64,000 nt of DNA from IMG/VR virus record IMGVR_UViG_3300037307_000289. One strand, 5' to 3'. The notes beneath the pieces are model-generated. The model made no database searches. It was given only the letters and a program-made list of their open reading frames with translations, and was not told the DNA's origin. The stretch is from a virus. Shown one piece after another: positions 26,145 through 35,014 of this stretch (positions are counted from its first letter, which is position 1; every line of letters starts with the position of its first letter). Position numbers and translations under genes: made by a program.

Positions 26145-26233
26145 GATGGGATTCCTCCGTCAACCTGACCACCTATCTATTGGGAGATAGGACGAGGTGA
26201 AAATATTTATTATTTGTTCTAAAAAATATAATG

Positions 26234-26462
26234 TTATGGCGTTGGAATTGGTAAGTCCAACATTCTTTCAGCAGCAGATTTAATCTTTGCATCTAATACT
26301 ACTTGTTCAACATTAACAGGAATATGTGTAGTGTTTGGATCAGATTTCATTCTTGCTATTTCCATTAAGTGCTTCGGAGTTAGATGCCATAAGATTTTCG
26401 CCATCTTTTACTATAACTTCCGAGGCCTCTAAATAAAGATTGCCATCTTTAATATATGCCAT
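26234..26462 (-). CDS. two overlapping mini-ORFs (40 aa MAYIKDGNLYLEASEV.. and 38 aa MKSDPNTTHIPVNVEQ..), possibly one frameshifted small gene
   Basis: Manual translation. ATG/TGA overlap ATGAAATCTGA. Below the ORF-track size cutoff. Confidence 0.2.
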
Positions 26463-26464
26463 AG

Positions 26465-26839
26465 TTAAATCCCCGCTTTAATTATTACTTGAGGCTTAGT
26501 TGGCCACACTGGTTTTTCTGGGTCAGTTGTATTCTTAGGTAAATCTCTCAATGCTTTTCTGTACATTGTTATATCAATTTGTTCTTGTTCGTTATATCTT
26601 GAAAAGACATCTGGAAGTACCATAAAATCAGTTCTATTTAATATTACATCTCTTTCCAATCTTAATTTTTCATATGCTTTGTCTTTTAGTTCTTGTTCAG
26701 TGAATTCTGGATCAGGAACGTTTCCATTTGATAACCATTCTTTGTATGCAATCCAATCATAATTTGCATCATCATTTGGAATAAAACATGTAGTTTCAGT
26801 ATTCTGAACTCCAGATGAAGTTATTTTATATTTTGCCAT
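26465..26839 (-). CDS. tail fiber assembly (Tfa-like) chaperone (124 aa)
   Basis: C-terminal MYRKALRDLPKNTTDPEKPVWPTKP matches the Tfa motif W..YR..L..VD.......WP..P (lambda Tfa sequence recalled from memory). Sits directly downstream of a fiber gene. Confidence 0.5.
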   Translation of the reverse strand: MAKYKITSSGVQNTETTCFIPNDDANYDWIAYKEWLSNGNVPDPEFTEQELKDKAYEKLRLERDVILNRTDFMVLPDVFSRYNEQEQIDITMYRKALRDLPKNTTDPEKPVWPTKPQVIIKAGI

Positions 26840-26850
26840 TTTTAAACTCC

Positions 26851-27918
26851 TTATGAAATCTCACATGATGCAGTCCAGTTACATACCATACTCAAGGTAG
26901 CTGCTACATTTACTGTTCCATACCAATAGAATCCTGTTGTACTAACAGTTGGTGTTCCAGCATTATAATCTGTATTATTTGTCCAACTACGAACTTTTCC
27001 TGCTGCACCAGTATCAGTAGAATATATAGTAACTGTGGGGGTATAACATTTTTCAACTGCAAATTTAACGTCTGCTCCACCTGTTCCTATTGTTGAAGCT
27101 CCTCCAACACTAAGATATTCTAAAGCACAACCATTTGATGTTATAGTACCTGGTGCTGTAAACATATTATAACTTTTTTCGTAATATCGTTTACACAAGT
27201 TCCCTTCTTTATTTAAAGTTCTTAATTCAAACGGGGTTGGTTGTGAACCAACTTCTAATTGAACACCTATCATATAAAATGCATTATTTATTGCTGACAA
27301 TAGATTTGCTTGATTTGGTCCATAATAATAATTACCTGAAAGCCAAGTATTAAATGTAGAAGTTAGTGCGTTACCCGGAGCTACATCCCAGCATATATTT
27401 ACACCACGATCATTAGTTGACCCAAATGTTACACCAGATGAAGGAAATGTTATTGGAATTACAACATAAGTCCATACAGAATTAGGCATTGTATAAGGAA
27501 CAACATACGAATAGTTACTACTTGTCCCTCTAAATGCAACATAATAAGTTCCGGGATTATTAGTCCATGCCCAAAAACTTAAAACACAACTTTTTCCTTT
27601 TATATAATTAAAGTCATATCCTTCAACAGAATATAATATTGCTACCCATTGAGCTGTGCCTGTAGCAGAGCAATAAACTTGTAATGGAGAATGAATAAAT
27701 GGGGCATCTGCTGGTGGTGTACCTGTTTGTCTATATCCAACTGTTCCAGTCAAAGACCCAGTTTCTAAACTGAATCTATCAGGCAAGAAGTTTGATGTAG
27801 TTCCAGTTATTCCAGAAAGTGTAGTTCCTCTTTGCCATATTTGCATCGCGCCGTTTATAATTAGGTTTCTTCTATAAGGATTTTGTAAAACAGTATTTTG
27901 TATTTTTGTTAAAGACAT
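26851..27918 (-). CDS. tail-fiber tip / receptor-binding paralog 1 (355 aa)
   Basis: Family blocks: MSLTKIQN..NLIINGAMQIWQRGT, GVQLEVGS.PT.FE and L.LCKRYYEKSY. Confidence 0.6.
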   Translation of the reverse strand: MSLTKIQNTVLQNPYRRNLIINGAMQIWQRGTTLSGITGTTSNFLPDRFSLETGSLTGTVGYRQTGTPPADAPFIHSPLQVYCSATGTAQWVAILYSVEGYDFNYIKGKSCVLSFWAWTNNPGTYYVAFRGTSSNYSYVVPYTMPNSVWTYVVIPITFPSSGVTFGSTNDRGVNICWDVAPGNALTSTFNTWLSGNYYYGPNQANLLSAINNAFYMIGVQLEVGSQPTPFELRTLNKEGNLCKRYYEKSYNMFTAPGTITSNGCALEYLSVGGASTIGTGGADVKFAVEKCYTPTVTIYSTDTGAAGKVRSWTNNTDYNAGTPTVSTTGFYWYGTVNVAATLSMVCNWTASCEIS

Positions 27919-27920
27919 AT

Positions 27921-29003
27921 TTATGCCTCTCCAAGTTCACATCTTGCAGTCCATTGAGTACCAAAACTATGTCCAGCTATAGCTGTATGAGGAGCTGCCC
28001 AATAAAACCCTTTAGTATTAGGATTAGAAGATGTTACTGTATGGTCTGTTGAGTTACTCCATAAATATGCTTTACCAGATGTTCCTGTAGCAGGGGAATA
28101 ATATGTAATTCCTGGTGTTGCTCTTTTTTCTACTCTGAAATTTTGATAAGATCCAAATGCTGCTACACTTGATGCTGCATCTACTCCTAAATAATCCCAT
28201 ATCATTCCAGGAACTTCATTAGAGGCACCTGGTATTGCTCCTAACTGATAGCTTTTTTCATAATACCTCTGACACAATCTTAATTCTTCTTCTTGACTTT
28301 TAAATTCAAAATCTGTAGCTTTATCTCCTATTTCTAATTGAACTCCTGTTAAATAATAACCAGCACCATTAGTAGCTGCTGCATTTACAATATTTGATGG
28401 AGCTGAAACATTGCCTGTAGTCCATTGATTTAAATTGCTTGTATAATATGTAGACCCACAAGCTAAAATCCAGTAAATAACTAACCCAACTCCATTAGTT
28501 GTATCAAATGTACCACCAGGAGAATTAAATATTATAGGTATTTCTACTTTTGTCCATGTTCCAGAAGGTAAAAGGTATGGAGCAACATAACTATAAGTTG
28601 ACATATTATCTTTAAAAACTACTGCATAAGTACCAGATATAGTAGTCCAACACCAAAAACTTAGTACACATTGCTGATTTTTTAAATAGTTATAATCATA
28701 TCCTTCAACATAATATCCTATTAAAATCCATTGCCCTGCCCCAACAGATGAATCAGCAGTTGGAAAAAGACAAGCCAATGGAGTAGTAAATCCTGTTGGA
28801 GGAGTTCCTGACTTATTGTATGTAATTACTGCATCAGTATTTTCACTAATAAAAAATCTATCTGCCAAATATTTAGTTCCAGAATTTCCTGTTATTCCTG
28901 TTAATGAAGTTCCACGCTGCCAAATTTTCATATCTCCATTAATAATGAAGTTCTTTTTTGAAGCATACTGAATTAATTTATTATTAATTTTAGTTAAACT
29001 CAT
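27921..29003 (-). CDS. tail-fiber tip paralog 2 (about 360 aa). The start is placed at the internal MSLTKINN; the track ORF extends to 29090.
   Basis: The N-terminus MSLTKINNKLIQ..NFIINGDMKIWQRGTS aligns with the other paralog starts. The 29-aa upstream extension overlaps paralog 3. Confidence 0.6.
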   Translation of the reverse strand: MSLTKINNKLIQYASKKNFIINGDMKIWQRGTSLTGITGNSGTKYLADRFFISENTDAVITYNKSGTPPTGFTTPLACLFPTADSSVGAGQWILIGYYVEGYDYNYLKNQQCVLSFWCWTTISGTYAVVFKDNMSTYSYVAPYLLPSGTWTKVEIPIIFNSPGGTFDTTNGVGLVIYWILACGSTYYTSNLNQWTTGNVSAPSNIVNAAATNGAGYYLTGVQLEIGDKATDFEFKSQEEELRLCQRYYEKSYQLGAIPGASNEVPGMIWDYLGVDAASSVAAFGSYQNFRVEKRATPGITYYSPATGTSGKAYLWSNSTDHTVTSSNPNTKGFYWAAPHTAIAGHSFGTQWTARCELGEA

Positions 29004-30088
29004 CAGTATCCTCCAATCTCTGCATTTGCAACCCACTGAACTGCGCAACTTCTTGTTGCTGTAGCTGTATAAGCACTTGCTGAATACCAATAAAAACCAC
29101 TAGGAATAGGAACTACAGTTGCTGAATATGAAGATCCTATCCCAAAATTATGATATGTGCCAGATGCCCCAGTATGGGGAGAATAAACTGTTACAGTTGG
29201 AGTTGCTCTTTTTTCAGTGTTAAATCTAACATTTTGGCCAGCATAACTTGTGGTACCACCAGTTAAAACATGGTATCTCCAACTCATTCCTCCATATAAA
29301 GGATATGTTCCCGGAACAGTTTCTAATGGATAACTTTTTTCATAATATCTTTGGCATAAAGAAATTTCTTCCGCTTTACTTCTAAACTCATAATCTGTTG
29401 CTGAATCTCCAACTTCTAATTGAACTCCAGTTATATAAAAATCATTTCCTATTGTATCAGCAAAATTAACTTGATTAGGAGGGCAAGTTTTATTTCCAGC
29501 TATCCAAACATTTGGATTACCACCTAAAAGATTTGATCCTCCTGCTAAAATTATAGCAAAGATACATCCAATTCCATTTCCTGAATCAAATGTACCACCA
29601 GGTGAATTAAATGTTACTGGAGCTATAACTTTAGTCCATGTAGATGATGGTAATGTAAACGGAATCATATAAGTATATGTATATGCGTTATCTCTAAATG
29701 AAGCTCCATAAGATCCAGGTTTATTAGTCCATGCCCAAAAACTTAAAGTACATCTTTTTCCTTTTATAAAGTTAAAATCATATCCTTCAATATAGTATAT
29801 TATTGCAACCCATTGATCTGAAGTTAAAGATGTATCAGCAGTAGCTATATAAAATTGATTTGAATATAAAAACCCTTGTCCAGTAGGAACTCCTGTACTT
29901 CTACCGCTAGTTAATGAACCATCAAACGCAGTAGAAGAAATCCATCTATCAGCAATAATATAAGCTGTGGATCCAGTTTGCCCTGTATAACTAGTTCTTC
30001 TTTGATATATTTCCATATTTCCATTAATGAAAATATTCTTTCGATATGGAGATTGTATAAGATTTTTATGAACAGTAGTTAAAGACAT
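29003..30088 (-). CDS. tail-fiber tip paralog 3 (361 aa)
   Basis: MSLTTVHKNLIQ..IFINGNMEIYQRRTS; GVQLEVGDSATDYEF; LCQRYYEKSY. Confidence 0.6.
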   Translation of the reverse strand: MSLTTVHKNLIQSPYRKNIFINGNMEIYQRRTSYTGQTGSTAYIIADRWISSTAFDGSLTSGRSTGVPTGQGFLYSNQFYIATADTSLTSDQWVAIIYYIEGYDFNFIKGKRCTLSFWAWTNKPGSYGASFRDNAYTYTYMIPFTLPSSTWTKVIAPVTFNSPGGTFDSGNGIGCIFAIILAGGSNLLGGNPNVWIAGNKTCPPNQVNFADTIGNDFYITGVQLEVGDSATDYEFRSKAEEISLCQRYYEKSYPLETVPGTYPLYGGMSWRYHVLTGGTTSYAGQNVRFNTEKRATPTVTVYSPHTGASGTYHNFGIGSSYSATVVPIPSGFYWYSASAYTATATRSCAVQWVANAEIGGY

Positions 30089-30090
30089 TT

Positions 30091-31647
30091 TTATAACTCC
30101 GAATCAACTGTCCAATTAAATTCATATAATTCATTAGAAACACCATTTGAAGATAACTGTATATAAGATGCTACTCTATTAGTTGTTGTTTCTGAAACAG
30201 ATGTTACTGCAATTTTAGTAGCTGGATTATTATAAAGCCCAACATAATTTGAACTACCATCTTGTGACCAAACTAATACGGTAGTTGGTGTAACTCTTTT
30301 TGTTACTTTAAAATCGTAACCACTAGTTCCAAATAATCTTGTTAAAACTGTACTTGGAATAATTCCATGCGCTCCACCAGCTGCACTCCCAGGAGCTGTT
30401 CCATAATCGTAGCTTTTTTCATAAAATCTTAGGCATAATTGAAGTTCTTCACCAAATGATCTTTGTTCAAACTTTGTTGCAACAGATCCAACTTCTAATT
30501 GTACTCTTGATAAATCAAAAGTCCCAACCCAACTTGATACAGAATTTCCCGGTAAGAAACGAATATACATATAATTATTAGTACCAATAGTCATTCCAGA
30601 TATAGAAGCTATATTAAAAGTTATTGTGATCTTTTGCCAAGATGTAGTTAATGTAAATGACCCAATTGAAACATTAGTAGCTGTTGAGCCTCCAGATCCA
30701 AAATTTTGACCATATGTCATAGCAAGAGTAGTAGTTAGACTTGCTTTAGCATAAAAAGATAAAGTTGCTGTTTGCCCAGCTAAGCTTCTAACATTTTCAA
30801 CTCTATGTTCTAATAAAAGATAATCTCCTGTTCCAGTTTTATTAATACTCATATAAAATTCTGGTTCTCCTGGAACACTAGTTTGACCAGGCGTAAATGA
30901 TGTTCTAGTTACAGTTCCTGTTGTAGCAGTTCCGCCTCTCCATCTATCAGCATTATAAACGTTAGTAAGATTTGATATTGATGTTCCTCTTTGCCAAATA
31001 TTAAAATCACCATTAATTATATAGTTTTTTCTTCCAGATATTTCAACAAATGTATCTGCATGATAACCATCTAAAGTATCTGCATTTGTTAATGGAATAT
31101 CGTCAGTATTTGGACTTACAAATAAGAGTTTTGTTCCAACTGGTAATTCTTCATCAAATGTTACAGTTGTTCCTGAAATTGAATATGCTTCAGATAATTG
31201 TCTAACTCCATCAATATAAATTGAAATCATTCCTTCGTCTGGTGTAAATGGCAATGTTACATCATCAGTAGCTTCAGTTAATGTAGTTTCATAAGTATTA
31301 GTATTCCATTCATGATTACTTACATTATATGAACCATAGATTGCAAATTCAACAATATCTGTAGCTTGTAATGAAGCGCCAAATGTAATAGTTTTTGAGT
31401 TTGTTTCCACATATTGAGTTGAGTTAGCTGGGCTACTTGTAACTCTTTCAGCTTTTTGCCCATTAATATATACTACTAATGTATTAGAACCAGGAACATA
31501 TGACCCTGACAATGTAAACACTGTATATGAACTGGCACCTTGTGAACCAGTTTGCTTTTCATATAAACGAACTGAGGACACTCCGCCAATATCAGCTTGA
31601 GTTTTAGTCTTAGTTAAAAATTTACCATTTCTTGAAATAGCTGGCAT
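30091..31647 (-). CDS. tail-fiber tip paralog 4 with 170-aa N-terminal extension (518 aa)
   Basis: NYIINGDFNIWQRGTS; RVQLEVGSVATKFE; LCLRFYEKSY. Confidence 0.6.
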   Translation of the reverse strand: MPAISRNGKFLTKTKTQADIGGVSSVRLYEKQTGSQGASSYTVFTLSGSYVPGSNTLVVYINGQKAERVTSSPANSTQYVETNSKTITFGASLQATDIVEFAIYGSYNVSNHEWNTNTYETTLTEATDDVTLPFTPDEGMISIYIDGVRQLSEAYSISGTTVTFDEELPVGTKLLFVSPNTDDIPLTNADTLDGYHADTFVEISGRKNYIINGDFNIWQRGTSISNLTNVYNADRWRGGTATTGTVTRTSFTPGQTSVPGEPEFYMSINKTGTGDYLLLEHRVENVRSLAGQTATLSFYAKASLTTTLAMTYGQNFGSGGSTATNVSIGSFTLTTSWQKITITFNIASISGMTIGTNNYMYIRFLPGNSVSSWVGTFDLSRVQLEVGSVATKFEQRSFGEELQLCLRFYEKSYDYGTAPGSAAGGAHGIIPSTVLTRLFGTSGYDFKVTKRVTPTTVLVWSQDGSSNYVGLYNNPATKIAVTSVSETTTNRVASYIQLSSNGVSNELYEFNWTVDSEL

Positions 31648-31696
31648 TAAATCAGTCCTCCTTTATAGTTCTGCACTAAATAAAACATAACCACCA

Positions 31697-32728
31697 TCAC
31701 CTCTTATTAATATATGGTTTAGCAGCAGTTAAACCTGTAAAATTGCCCAAAATTAACTTACACCCATAAGAACTAGCATATTGTAAATTTGCAGCTGCTG
31801 CACTTTGTGTATAACCAGTTACTGCTGGGTCCTCTATTTTCATAGCAGCAGAAGCGGTTACAGTAGATGGTGTAGTTCTCATTGAAGGAGAAAAAGAGAT
31901 AGCAAATTCAGCAGAAGTAGTTGACGAAGCAGAACCACTTCCTCCTTGAATAATTTGACAATATCTTTTAGCTAAATTTAATTCCTCAGAAATATGTCTC
32001 ATTTCAAAATCAGTTGCTATAGACCCAACTTCTAACTGTACCCCGTTTAGTCTTACTTCATTATTTATACTATCAAGACCATTAACTTGATTATTTGATG
32101 CAATATAATTTCCATTTAACCATGTATCTAATGTTGATGTACTATAAGTTCCTCCAGATGGAGCTGCAATAGTCCACCAAATTGAAAATCCTTCATTGTA
32201 TGTAGTTTCCCAGGTTCCAGAAGAAAGGCTAGAGTACATTGGAATTGTAATAATTTTCTTTTCCCAGGCGTTAGATTGATTAATTACATATTCAGAAACA
32301 TACGATCTATCTGGAGTGGCATTTCTAATTGAAAGTGAATATATTCCAGTTTTATAAGCTCTTATCCAGAAAGATAGAGTAATATATGTATTTGCATATA
32401 ATGCTCTTGCATCATATCCTTCAACTGAATAACCAATAGCTGAGTACTGACTAGATGATAAAGATGTATCTGCGGTGGTTACTATAAAATATAATGAATC
32501 TGTAAAATAATGGCCTGATTCAGATACTGTTGGGACTGATTGTGATTGAGTGTAACGAAGCACACCATCTGAAAAATTAGAAACGTAGAATCTATCAGCT
32601 AAATAAGTTCTAGAACCGCTACTAGTTATATTTAAACGATCTGTTCCTCGTTGCCACAAACGGAAATCCCCATTTATTATATAGTTTCTTCTTCCAATAC
32701 CTATATTTGAGTTACTTAAAAGCGCCAT
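31697..32728 (-). CDS. tail-fiber tip paralog 5 (343 aa)
   Basis: NYIINGDFRLWQRGTD; GVQLEVGSIATDFE; LAKRYCQ. Confidence 0.55.
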   Translation of the reverse strand: MALLSNSNIGIGRRNYIINGDFRLWQRGTDRLNITSSGSRTYLADRFYVSNFSDGVLRYTQSQSVPTVSESGHYFTDSLYFIVTTADTSLSSSQYSAIGYSVEGYDARALYANTYITLSFWIRAYKTGIYSLSIRNATPDRSYVSEYVINQSNAWEKKIITIPMYSSLSSGTWETTYNEGFSIWWTIAAPSGGTYSTSTLDTWLNGNYIASNNQVNGLDSINNEVRLNGVQLEVGSIATDFEMRHISEELNLAKRYCQIIQGGSGSASSTTSAEFAISFSPSMRTTPSTVTASAAMKIEDPAVTGYTQSAAAANLQYASSYGCKLILGNFTGLTAAKPYINKR

Positions 32729-32743
32729 ACTTTTATCTCCAAA

Positions 32744-33835
32744 CTATATTTCTGCATTAGCAGTCCATTGAAAAGCAAAAACATCGCTTATACTTGCAGT
32801 AGCAGAATATGCATTAAAACCATATTCTGAACTACTACCTGTTGTTGCTGCTTGATCGGTACCAGTATTTAAATTTCTAACATTTCCAGAAGCGCCTGTT
32901 GCTGTACTATAAATTGTTAGTACAGCTGTATTTGGTTTTTGTACTTTATAAGCTAAATAACCTACTCCTGCTCCGTTTCCTCTAATTCCAATTACTGATC
33001 CAGCACTAGAAATAGACCCTGGAGCTGTTTCTAAAGCATAAGATTTTTCATAATATCTTTGGCATAAAGCTAATTCAGTTTGATATAATCTAGATTCAAA
33101 ATCTGTAGCTACTGGTCCTAATTCAAACTGAATATTTTTCAAAAAGAAATTATTATTTGTACTGCTAAAGAAATTAACTTGACTACTAGTTGCATATTTT
33201 GCACTAGAGCTCTCCCAAATATTAGGATTACTTGTTTGAAAATCAGTACCACATAGTAAAGTCCATCTAATATTTAAACCAGTTGTATCTGGGGCATAAG
33301 TCCATGTTCCAGATAAACCATCATGCATAGTAAATGTAATTGTTTTATATTCCCATGTGTCTGATTGATTGATTGTATAAGTGGCAACATAATTTCTATC
33401 CGCTCCAGAATTATTCATTGCTATACAAAAAGTACCAGTTTGATAAGCTCTAACCCAAAATGAAAGAGTACAAACTTTTCCCATTATATGCCTAATATCA
33501 ACTCCTTCTATTCTATATCTTAATGTAACTTGTTCTCCTGATGAAGTTGAAGCATCTGCTGTAGTACAATTAATTCTAAAAGCATATGGAGTAAAAATAT
33601 TAGAGGGACTAGATGTAGCTCTTGTTATTGAAGCTACGCCTGCTGTAGCAGCCCCAACACTAAGAGCAAATCTATCTGGTCCAAAAATAGTGGTGCTTGG
33701 GCCTATTCCTGTCTGTGATACACCAGCAGTTCTTTGCCAGATATCAAATGCCCCATTTATTATAAGATTCTTTCTAGCATATGGAATACTACTACCAAGC
33801 ATTGATTGTACTTGTTCCGAATATTTAGTTGCCAT
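32744..33835 (-). CDS. tail-fiber tip paralog 6 (363 aa)
   Basis: NLIINGAFDIWQRT; IQFELGPVATDFE; LCQRYYEKSY. Confidence 0.6.
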   Translation of the reverse strand: MATKYSEQVQSMLGSSIPYARKNLIINGAFDIWQRTAGVSQTGIGPSTTIFGPDRFALSVGAATAGVASITRATSSPSNIFTPYAFRINCTTADASTSSGEQVTLRYRIEGVDIRHIMGKVCTLSFWVRAYQTGTFCIAMNNSGADRNYVATYTINQSDTWEYKTITFTMHDGLSGTWTYAPDTTGLNIRWTLLCGTDFQTSNPNIWESSSAKYATSSQVNFFSSTNNNFFLKNIQFELGPVATDFESRLYQTELALCQRYYEKSYALETAPGSISSAGSVIGIRGNGAGVGYLAYKVQKPNTAVLTIYSTATGASGNVRNLNTGTDQAATTGSSSEYGFNAYSATASISDVFAFQWTANAEI

Positions 33836-33847
33836 TACTAATCCTCT

Positions 33848-34999
33848 TTATGTGTAAAGTTCTGAGTCAGCTACCCAATGAAAGGATATTTTATTACCAG
33901 TTGTTTGTGCAGAAGCTAATAGTAGTCTAGAAAATCCACCTCTTGCTATATAACCTGTAGAACCTCCAACTATTGGATACGTTATATTTACATCTACCCC
34001 AGTATTTAAATTTCTACAATAAATAGATCCAGGAATTCTAGACCAAAGTCTTTCAGTGTTTGGTGAAAAAGAATATAAAGTAGGTATGGCTCGTTTTGTA
34101 ACTACAAAGGCATAATCCCCCTCTATTTCAGTTGTTGATGGAATTCTACATATTTTCGCTCCAACATCAGTTATTGTCCCTATTGTAATTTCTGGACTAT
34201 AACTTTTTTCAAAATATCTTTGACAAGCAGCTAATTCTTGATCTATAGTTCTTCCCATTCCTATTGTTGGCCCTATTCCAGGCTCAAATTTAATATTAGC
34301 AAAATAAATATTTCTTCCTGAACTACCAAATAGATCACCTTGAGTCATATGCGCACTATAATAATTACCACTATACCATGTATTAATTGAGTCAGCTGGG
34401 ATTCTGCCATCACCGCCACATCTTAATATGAAATATATTCGCAAACCTACTTCTCTATCTCTTCTCCATGCGCCACTATCAGTCATTTGAAGTGTTATAG
34501 TTTTATATTCCCAAGTATTTTCTTCTTCTATTTCATAAGGTGTAATATAACATAAATCATTTGCATAATTTTTTAATGCAACAAAATATTTACCTGGATT
34601 ACTAGATTTTACAAAAAATGAAAGAGTGCATTTTTTTCCAATTAATGTAGTAGAATTGTGCCCTTCTATTTTTTGACCTATATAATATAATGCTGGGTCT
34701 GTTCCTCCAGAAACAGTAGTTGAAGTAATTTTTATACTATACTGTGACTCATAGTTATAATTTGGAGGAATATCTGAACTTCTTTCAATTGTTGCATAAC
34801 TAACATTTGGATTTGGTTCTATAAAGCTTTGATAATAAAACCATCTATCAGCAGTATAAAACCCTGTAACTCCATCAAATCCAAAATTAGAAGAATTAAA
34901 AGTAGTGTTTCGCTGCCAAAAATTAAAATACCCATTCAATAAAAAGTTAGGCCTTACAATATCTTGACTTGAAACCATTTCTAAATTATATATTTTCAT
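33848..34999 (-). CDS. tail-fiber tip paralog 7, most divergent (383 aa)
   Basis: NFLLNGYFNFWQRNT; IKFEPGIGPT; ACQRYFEKSY. Confidence 0.55.
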   Translation of the reverse strand: MKIYNLEMVSSQDIVRPNFLLNGYFNFWQRNTTFNSSNFGFDGVTGFYTADRWFYYQSFIEPNPNVSYATIERSSDIPPNYNYESQYSIKITSTTVSGGTDPALYYIGQKIEGHNSTTLIGKKCTLSFFVKSSNPGKYFVALKNYANDLCYITPYEIEEENTWEYKTITLQMTDSGAWRRDREVGLRIYFILRCGGDGRIPADSINTWYSGNYYSAHMTQGDLFGSSGRNIYFANIKFEPGIGPTIGMGRTIDQELAACQRYFEKSYSPEITIGTITDVGAKICRIPSTTEIEGDYAFVVTKRAIPTLYSFSPNTERLWSRIPGSIYCRNLNTGVDVNITYPIVGGSTGYIARGGFSRLLLASAQTTGNKISFHWVADSELYT

Positions 35000-35014
35000 A
35001 ATAAATCTCCCTAA

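Noticed and set aside
26851-34999. Possibility that the seven paralogs are a diversity-generating retroelement (DGR) target set
   Set aside because: No reverse transcriptase gene and no template/variable repeat pair are visible in the window. Paralog divergence is spread over whole proteins rather than confined to a C-terminal VR.
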